A DNA stretch of 62,692 nt, filler included, from Choristocarpus tenellus KU-1152 (Eukaryota > Protista > Phaeophyceae): the NCBI GenBank assembly GCA_964200185.2. It is 12 parts of 12 records of this genome, joined end to end, with 100 filler letters (N's around TTAATTAATTAA, not from the genome) between each part and the next. Parts side by side here need not be neighbours in the genome. Positions count along the whole stretch, not along the records: positions 51,755 to 56,740 come from CAXNAD020012269.1; positions 56,841 to 59,368 come from CAXNAD020027040.1; positions 59,469 to 62,692 come from CAXNAD020021426.1; 9 more parts are not named here. One strand, written 5' to 3'. The position numbers were made by a program, and so were the translations under genes. Shown piece after piece: positions 54,701-62,692 of the stretch (its first letter is position 1; every line of letters starts with the position of its first letter). The notes beneath the pieces were generated by a model, which was given only the letters and a program-made list of their open reading frames with translations, had not been told where the DNA came from and did no database searches.

Positions 54701-56690
54701 GAGACAAACACATTCCCGGCCCTACTCCCCCCTCCCCCACCTGCAGAAGAACCAGCCACCTCAATGAGGCTCATTCCGTTGTGTTTTGCATTGTTAGGTG
54801 CATTGGCAGATAAATTGGCAGGGACAGCAGCTGCAGCTACAGGGGAGGGAGCGACCTGTGCAAGCTGGTCATGGCCATGCAAGACTGTGTGACTAAATTC
54901 ATCTAGCATCTGGTAAGAAACAAAAAATAAAATTGGGGATAAGTACAGTAGATGTGAGAGCACAGTGTTGCCAAGGTATGGTGGCAAGATCAAATGGGGT
55001 GAAAAGTAAGATGAAGGGTGTCTTTCAGGAGGTGTCAAAATCTGAAGTATGGATAGTCTACAGGTGACTGCATGGATAGCTTCATGCGAACAAAGCTTCA
55101 ACAGGACCAAGAATGCACAAGAGTGTTAACAGGCCCGGTAGGGGTAAGCTAAGGTATTGAAATTGAAACTGATTTGAAGGAACTGTGGAAATATAGGCTA
55201 TGTGAACATGGAGTAACATGTAGTGTGCGAAATGGTGTTGAAGAGTACATTGCAGAAAAAATATCAGAGAATCCCTGTGATCACCTATACAAACACACAC
55301 AAACACACACATTTCTGGTTGCAAGGGGTGCATTAAACACAACAAAACAGCCAGCACAATGCAAGCAACAGCTAGTTGGTGCCTATGTGTTGGGTAGCTT
55401 CCCACACATCCTTGAATAAAATGTCATTTATTGGAGGGCTTTCCCTGCCTACTAATATACTATATATGTGATTTTCAGTAACTATTCTCATAACATGTAC
55501 ACAATTTCTCATCTAAATATCTTGAAACACTACATTGTGGATGGAAATGGGTCATCTTCAATTTGTTCTCATGTCAACACAAGGAATCACAACAATCATT
55601 TTTTTCCTGATAAATATCGACACCCTCTCACAAGTCCTTCCCAACCCGTCTCATCATCTGGCACACCCCCTCCCCCTTCCGCCCAAACTAGACACCTCAA
55701 ACTCTAATTACACAATCCAACCCTATCATACCTCTGCCTCACTAAGAAATCGGCCTATCCTGTCCTTAATGAGGGGAAGTCGCAGAATGGCAGAGGTACT
55801 TGGTCTGGATCTTGGATTCTTTTCCAAGAGGCTACTCAGCAGAACACAAAGCTCCGAACTGTACCTGAATTGTCAAGACAAAGAACAAAAATCGTTTCCA
55901 GATAGGTGAGAGGCATTGGCAAGCACATGCTTGTTTCGAGTTACTCTAATGCTCTCCGTAACCCTAACCCTAACCCTAACCCTAACCCAATGAAGCAAGG
56001 ACTAAAAAACAGACATGCGACCTGACCTGGTTCAATCTGACGGATTGGAAGGTGCCTGGCACTCATACATACATACACACCCAAGAAAAAAAAGTCCTCA
56101 CCAACATAAAAATTTGACCCGACAACGGCTAAATTCCTAGAGTGTTTCCTTTTGTGCATAGTAATACAATGCGCAGATGGGAGGAGGAGGGGGGGGGGTT
56201 GCCCTTTGATACTATATCCTCCCATGCTATGTACTAGTGTTATGTGGTTTACTTGCTGGTATGTTGCTGCCAACCCGGCTACAATAACTTTTCCTACCAC
56301 TGTACCTTTGTATATATGCATGACTCTTGAAAGGAGTTATGGCACCATCACCAAAAACACAGAAGGCTTTTTATTAAAAAAAAAAGGAACCATCACCCAA
56401 TCAAAATCAACCCTCGACATAACAACACCTTCATATTCAAAGTATCTCTATGGTACTTCCACTTCCACCTCGAAGTCTTATCTGAACAGAATCAAGACTA
56501 ACCAAAAGCAATTGATGTGATAGGTCCAAAAAAGTTCTATGAGAGTAACTAGGGCGAGAGGGTTTGAGAACGGGCAAGGCACCTGGCAGGGATAGGCAGA
56601 GGTTCCTGAGTGCAAATCTTGACCACCAGCAGCTGCAAGTTAGTCCCTTCAAAAGTGTGCTTTAGACATGCCATCTCATACAGCACACAT
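51755..56690 (-). CDS. NEK1: NIMA-related kinase, NEK1-like (end of kinase domain plus long tail); partial at both ends
   Basis: Exons 56690-56583, 55864-55732, 54909-54552, 54235-53106 and 52337-<51755 are phase-consistent: CVLYEMACLKHTFEGTNLQLLVVKIC...RYSSEL..LLSSLLEKNPRSRPSTSAILRLPLIKDRIGRFLSEAEMLDEFSHTVLH, typical of NEK1/NEK5-type kinases. Confidence 0.9.
52877..52978. repeat. short tandem repeat (taatgccaatgcagga) containing a (CCCTAA)2 insertion
   Basis: gaaaaacgctaa-ccctaaccctaa-tgc vs sister unit gaaaaacgctaa-tgc. Confidence 0.85.
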
Positions 56691-56740
56691 CTTGGTGGAG
56701 GTGATTAGGAGAGGGGGGGGGGGAAGCTCACGTCATTTTT

Positions 56741-56840
56741 NNNNNNNNNNNNNNNNNNNNNNNNNNNNNNNNNNNNNNNNNNNNTTAATTAATTAANNNN
56801 NNNNNNNNNNNNNNNNNNNNNNNNNNNNNNNNNNNNNNNN
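56741..56840. other. artificial contig linker
   Basis: 44N-TTAATTAATTAA-44N. Confidence 0.97.
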
Positions 56841-56897
56841 ACAATAATCTCATATACACAAAATAAGGTACACTTCACTATTGTCGTATTTTGCACA

Positions 56898-59276
56898 CCC
56901 ACCACCATCTCAGGAGAGGCAGTGCGCATGGCACATGCCACGCATATGAAGAACAACAAGGCGTGGTTCCTGCTTATCCAAGCGACAAAGGGGTCAGCAT
57001 CAGCAATCATCGCTCGATACGAAAATGAGGGTAAGCCGGAGAGCAGAGGGGCCTGGATAGAGCTAGAAAGAGTCTATGGAGGACGTGGGGAGGACGAGGT
57101 CCGTGCAGCTCATCACTTTGGAGGCGAGACTCGGAGAACTCTGGTGCGCGGCATCTCAGGACAGCACCGATTTTGTCGATAAAATAAAGCTGCTATTTTC
57201 GGACTTCGAGAAGCTCAAGGAGCCTAAACCCAATAACATGAAACGGGCATCTATACTGCTTGGGGTCAAGGAAGCCATGCCATATGTGTTTGCGCAATTA
57301 ATAACGTGCCCTGACATTGGATACGAGGAGGTCAAACGGGCAATCATCTCTTTGACAACTTACCTTCACTCAGGTCAAGATGGGCATGATGGGGTATTGG
57401 TAATGCACGGCACTGTAAGGAATGGTCGTGTTGGGAAGTTCAGGGGATCAGCTGGAAGCAGTCCCAAACCAAACCAATGTGCATACTGCTTGAAGACGAA
57501 CCATCAATGGAAGAAGTGCTACTTATACTTGGATGGAAAGCCACCTACAGAATGCCCGCCTGGAATGGCACCTGTGGGAGCAGCAACACAGAGTCGACAG
57601 GAACCAAGCACACTCCTTCTTCTCCACCTTCAAGGTGACAGTAGACGAGGAGGTTAACAAAAGTGCGGTGTTTAACTCCTCCAGTGGAAGACAAGTCGAG
57701 ATGTTGTGTGAATCCCGAGCAAACGTCCATCTTACACCTGATCGTGAAGACCTCGTAAGCACTCGACCCACCAAACGGACAGACACCTTCGGTAACAATG
57801 GGAAATTGAAAGCGAAGGAAACTGGGGATATGGTTCTAATGGTGACGGTAAAGAACAGCAAACCAACGAGAGTCGTTCTGAAGGATGTTCTATGGGTCCC
57901 AGGTCTACCATGCCGCATATTGAGTACTGGAACCATACGGCGCAATGGGAGAGGATGTATGGGTTTGGGAACAAAAGAAAGTTACCTGAAGACCTCCAAG
58001 AATTCGTCCAAGATAAGCGTACGAAAGTTTGGGGGTTTCTTAAATTTAACAGGAACCATAATCAACGAGGAATGAGAATCGAGAGTCAGCGCAGCACGAG
58101 CCGATCAAAAGCAGAAGTTGACATTGAAGGACTGGCACAACATATTGGGTCACATCAACCTATCAGCTATCAAGCATCTCGAGAAGCGTAGACTTTGGAG
58201 ATCACCAATGCTACTGTGGCGTTGGAACTGCGATGCGAGACATGCAAGGAATGCAAATCAGAGGCTCTAAGCTATCAACAAGGTGGCAGGACCCCCAAGC
58301 AGCCTGGCGAGGTTTCCACACGGATTTGGCAGAACCTTTTCAACCAGACATTACTGGTCACAAATACTTTCAGGTGTTTGTCGATGAGAGCAGCCGAGAC
58401 AAGAGGGTTTACGGATTGAAAACAAAAAAGCAGCGACGGATGCAACCGCTGACTATCTCGACAAGATGGCCAGGGAAGGTATACCAGTCCAATGTATCAG
58501 TGGGGATGGTGCTGCCAAGCTTGGGAGATCGGTGAAGTCTCAAAGGGTGATGGTAAACAACGGTACCAGATGAAGGAAATCCCCACCGAGAACACCACAT
58601 AGCAACGGGATCGCCGAAAGGGCGATGAAGCAACTCATGGGGGCAGCAAGAAGTCAACTGGTAAAGGCTGGGCTGGGCAATGAGTACTGGTTCTATGCCA
58701 TGATGGACGTCGTCTTAAAAGCTGGAGGCATGCCACATGAATACCTGGGAGGAGAGACACCATGTGAGCGTCTAACGGGAAAATCCTTCAATTATGTTAG
58801 GCTTTGGGCCTGGGGGAGTGAGTGCTATGTTCACCAGAACAAGCAGCAGAGGAGAGCCGGTTCAAAGTTTCACCCATACGCCAAGCGGGGTATCATCATG
58901 GGACACGATCCTACATCACTGTGTTGGTACATCTGGCTTCCTCAAGAGACCAAGTTGGTGACCTCAGCCCAAGTGACGTTCGAGCCAGACGAACACACCA
59001 TAGACTTCGTGGGGGAGAGAAAAACCATGACTTTGACCGACGATGACGATATCTCCGATACAGAAGACGACTCTGATGGGGATCTCGATATTGCAGTCGA
59101 TCTGATACCAACAACACCGAGCAAGAACTCGACCAGTTCACCTACTGGGCAATGAAGGTCAGCCAGGATAACTGAACAACCCAGGGTGGACTACAGAGGT
59201 TTACACTCTGGTGATACCCAGGAACTGGGAGAGAATATAGTCAATCTGCTCAGAGCAAGCACGGATGATGCCTACA
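56898..59276 (+). mobile_element. Ty1/Copia LTR retrotransposon, degenerate gag-protease-integrase (RT not present in this contig)
   Basis: Domains in Copia order: gag (GAWIELERVYGG), zinc knuckle CAYCLKTNHQWKKC, decayed protease (LCESRANVHLT; LKDVLWVPGL), GAG-pre-integrase (WHNILGHIN; CETCKECK), rve core (HTDLAEPF..FQVFVDE; SGDGA; PHSNGIAER), then WGSECYVH...KRGIIMGHD. Multiple frameshifts and stops. Confidence 0.95.
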
Positions 59277-59368
59277 GGATCAAAGTATCTGGGGGGGGGA
59301 GGGGGGGGGGGGGGGGATGGGGAGGGGGCTGCCTTTCGGGGAAAAAACTTTTTTTTTTGAAAACCCCC
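59277..59368. mobile_element. MITE left TIR interrupting the Copia element
   Basis: ggatcaaagtatctgggg(G)n running into the gap. Confidence 0.75.
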
Positions 59369-59468
59369 NNNNNNNNNNNNNNNNNNNNNNNNNNNNNNNN
59401 NNNNNNNNNNNNTTAATTAATTAANNNNNNNNNNNNNNNNNNNNNNNNNNNNNNNNNNNNNNNNNNNN
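59369..59468. other. artificial contig linker
   Basis: 44N-TTAATTAATTAA-44N. Confidence 0.97.
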
Positions 59469-59488
59469 CCCCCCAGATACTTTGATCC
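59469..59488. mobile_element. MITE TIR at contig start
   Basis: ccccccagatactttgatcc. Confidence 0.7.
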
Positions 59489-60081
59489 TGTGGGAGAGAC
59501 AGTGTGACAGGTCGCATGGCATGGATGGAGTGCCACGGTAGAATATCCACACGATTGTACATTGCAAGAATTCAATTATATATGTGGTGATACAAAGCCT
59601 AGCACCTACAAAATAGACTGCCCCAACTATAGCTTCTAGAGTGAGATGTGGGTTAGTTTGGGTGTGAGCCTATTTGTAAGTACTGAGGTCCTGTGTCCAC
59701 TGTTGCTACCTCAACAGAACACGAACAGCTCTTGCTCTTGTCCCAAAATCAACCTAAAAGAACAGGTAACTCTTGCTTCCCTGAGGATCTCCTCCCTATT
59801 CCGACCAACCTCCTTGGGTCACTATGATCGACCTAGTTGACTCAGTCCCGTCCATCAATCCCTACCAACTCTGCAAAGCGAATCGACAATCTGATTCAAA
59901 AAGACCAGCGCCAACTTGTTAGTGCCTTCCTGATATTTTGTAGTCACGCATTCAATACCTCGAAGATCAACTCACGGTCCTCTCTCTCTCTCCGATCTTC
60001 ACATCACAGATACCATGCCCCTCCATCAACCCCTTGATTGGTACATATCCTGACCCGCCCATAGAAACTACTCCGTTGAAC

Positions 60082-61907
60082 CTACCTTCCCAGCAAGGAC
60101 ATAACGTGGATCTGTAGCATAGAGAGCCATTTCATGTAGTTGTCTTGTTTTGTCCTTTTGTTTGACTCTCCCTCTTCACCCCCCCCTGAGTCCATCTCTC
60201 TCTCTTCTTCCCCTTCTCTGTCATCGTTTTGCCCTCCCCCTTCTTCCACAGCCATGAGTGCCATTACCTGGAAGAGGGGGCAGAGGAGTGTGAGAAATGC
60301 TAGAGATCTTAACTAGGGGAGGTTCAGAAAGTGACAAAGGGGGAGGGAGGGGGAAAGGAGGGGGGTGGGACCAGGCTCTCAGGTTTTCCACTCATCCTTT
60401 CTTTGTAAAGTGATATAAATTCTCCTGCCCATGGAAGTCTTTGGCATCTAGGGTACCCACTGTAAGTGCAGGAGCAGTTTGACTCTCTTCTCTAGTCCGA
60501 AAACGTTGAAATCGTACCCAAGCACTTATGGGGCTTCATGAATTTGTTGAATCAGTCGGAAGCTTCTGCTTCTGCGTGCTCCTAATCAAGCTTCATTGCA
60601 ATGAAGCTGGGTTTTGCTTTGTAATGCAACGGGGGTTCATAGATCTTGCCCCTGTCACCTATGGTTGTACTCCTTCAAAAAGAAGCTAGGAAATGATCAA
60701 AGACCAATATGCAACCTCTTGGTGGTGACGTTAACTCTTACCTCCTCCCAGGTTATGGGTACGTTGACCACTTCATTAACAGATCCTTCACTCTCTGTTT
60801 CCCCAAAGTGTGTACTGTTTTCCCCTGCTGTTGTCCTGACTAGGCAATTACCGATGGATTCTGTCAGCTGTGCATGTGAATCCAGGAGCAGGCTGAGGGA
60901 GCATGCATTGTGCTCAAGCACGTTTATGAGCGACTGCGGTTGGAGAGGTGAGAAAGCAAGCTAAAGTTAGGTAGATACCAACGTGAAGATTTTATACTGT
61001 ACAATTGATCTACTGTATTCGCATCGGAAAAAAAAAAATGTGTTTCCTTTTGTCAATTCGCAGTCTCAAAATTCAAAGTGCATACAAACAGGTCTGTTTT
61101 TTCAATCCATTTCTGTATTTGGTGTGACCGCAAGACATGAAAAAACTCTCATCTGTCATCAAACGACAGATAAGAGTGAGGCGGGCTATCGAAATTTTAG
61201 CATCCACCACATGCGAACTTGTTCGTGAAATGGGTACACCTCCCCCCAAGATATACCTTTGAGCAGGATATATATAGCCTGACAATGACATCGAGGTTTT
61301 CCCCTTGCTTGACAAACAATTCGAAACAAACGGACTTCTAGACATATGTTGCACACTGCTACAGTAGAATCTTGGACACACTTGAGATGAACCAGACCAT
61401 AAGCAATGGAAAAAATAATGAGACCCAAGGTATCCTGGAAGGGGGTTCGTGATTTCATTTGGGGCCTCTGTGATCCTGGAGTGATTTTCATATCATTTGA
61501 GTGAACATGTCATACATAAGGCCAATTTCCTTCATCTGAATGCACCTTCATTTTCCATTTCCCTGACTGGTCCAAATCCAAAGGAAAATCACCCACAAAA
61601 CGGGCTTCAAATTGGGGTGTTTTAGAATGCCCTATCAAGCTCCGAATAGACAAACTGGTCTAACCCCCCCCCCCCCTCTACGATACTATAGCCTTGCTCT
61701 TGTGCAGTGGTAGGACATACACTATCAGAGGAGACCCAATGAACAAAGTAGCGGTCGTAGACTTCAATAGGTTGTGCTCCACAGGCGAAATGGAACTCTG
61801 ACTTGAGTAAAGCCTTGTCTAGTCCCTGGTGGTCACCAACTGAAGTACTACTTGTTAAGAAAACCAATGAGGGGGAGTGCCGTTGCTTCAATTCGCCCTC
61901 CACATCC
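60082..61907 (-). CDS. unknown protein, three exons (61907-61721, 60933-60742, 60267-about 60086)
   Basis: Open exons with GT-AG sites and phase 0/0 joins: ..LDKALLKSEFHFACGAQPIEVYDRYFVHWVSSDS|SLINVLEHNA...PITWEE|VMALMAVEE...YMKWLSMLQIHVMSLLG. No domain recognised. Confidence 0.55.
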
Positions 61908-62183
61908 CTACCAAAACCTTCAATTTGAAGCGCAATTTATAGGTATTCTCAGCAGTACAAGTTCTCTGTCCAAAAATTCGTGTGACTGATGACTAAGAAA
62001 AGCTTTATACTACTGCCATTGAAGGGTTGATACTGGGCAATCACTCCATGCTTAAGCTGACACAGTCATCTCCCTGCTAGTAACCCAGATTTGCAGTTCA
62101 TGCGAAACATTTGGGTGTTTTCAATGTAGACAGTACATCTTATGCCCTCTGCCTGCTACAACACCTGAAGTATAGGAAACTGC

Positions 62184-62440
62184 AACCCAAAGCATTTCAG
62201 AGGATAGAAGTTTTGCTCTGTTTGTTTGTTTGGGGCTTGGGTTTCCATGGGCCTTTTATGCCCTTTTCGGTTTTCTTTGTGAACACAGTTAACTAAAATG
62301 TACAGGACTATGAAAGGTGTGTCCGGAGCAAGGATATTGACACTTGCTAACAAATATGATAGCCAAAATTCATCAAAATCGCAACATTGGATTTTGGACA
62401 CCAAACGGAGGTGGTCCTGCCCTTTTATATGCCTTGGGTC
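62184..62440 (+). mobile_element. MITE subfamily B with 3-bp TSD TGC
   Basis: tgc|aacccaaagcatt...atgccttgggtc|tgc; homologous to 11000-11258. Confidence 0.8.
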
Positions 62441-62522
62441 TGCCTACAATAGTCATTTGATGAAGCACAGTACACAAGGAAGAAAAGCACATCTCAGAAA
62501 TCGTGATTTCTCAGCATGAGCT

Positions 62523-62692
62523 GAGCGAAAGTATCTTAGAGGGACGAGTTTTGCCTTGTTTGTCCATTTGGGGCTTGGCTTCCCATGGGATTCTTTTATG
62601 ATATTTTCCTACTCCAAAATGTTTAGGAGTAGGTAAAGTGTTTATGTTATGAAAAGGTGTGTCCGGAACAAGGATATCAATATCCTAAGTAT
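62523..62692 (+). mobile_element. MITE subfamily B, cut by window end
   Basis: gagcgaaagtatcttagaggga..., homologous to the copies at 4710 and 9351. Confidence 0.85.

Noticed and set aside
59277-59488. Left and right MITE TIRs on either side of the last gap as a single insertion
   Set aside because: The flanks (ACA vs TGT) are not a direct repeat and the Copia sequence does not resume after the gap.
61981-62005. CTGATGA...GAAA hammerhead-like core
   Set aside because: No stem II or flanking helices can form.

Overview
Eukaryotic, intron-rich genomic DNA, most likely a stramenopile and probably a brown alga (inferred from gene content and intron style). The window is not one locus. It consists of 12 short contigs (about 2.5-10 kb) joined by 11 artificial 100-bp linkers (44 N + TTAATTAATTAA + 44 N), so nothing can be inferred across the gaps. 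Partial spliced genes reconstructed with phase-consistent GT-AG introns: CFAP298/C21orf59 (5 exons, +), a NEK1-like NIMA kinase (5 exons, -), a MAPKKK-type kinase C-lobe (+), an ATXR3/SDG2-like H3K4 methyltransferase C-terminus followed by a CW zinc finger (-), a signal-peptide + PDZ + PA-domain protein (5 exons, -), a multi-AT-hook protein with a Chz1-like motif and 64-aa repeats (+), and two unknown genes. Mobile DNA is abundant: a degenerate Ty1/Copia element plus a second gag fragment, a pogo/Tigger-type remnant, a probable tyrosine-recombinase relic, and a clan of MITEs sharing G(G/A)NTCAAAGTA termini with 3-bp target duplications. The most unusual signal is a high density of very short interstitial (TTAGGG)n tracts. 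Two of them appear, from paralogous empty sites inside the window, to be insertions at TTAG/CTAA microhomology, and one forms a fold-back palindrome between duplicated flanks. This suggests frequent telomerase-like patching of DNA breaks. No tRNA, rRNA, snRNA or CRISPR array could be supported.
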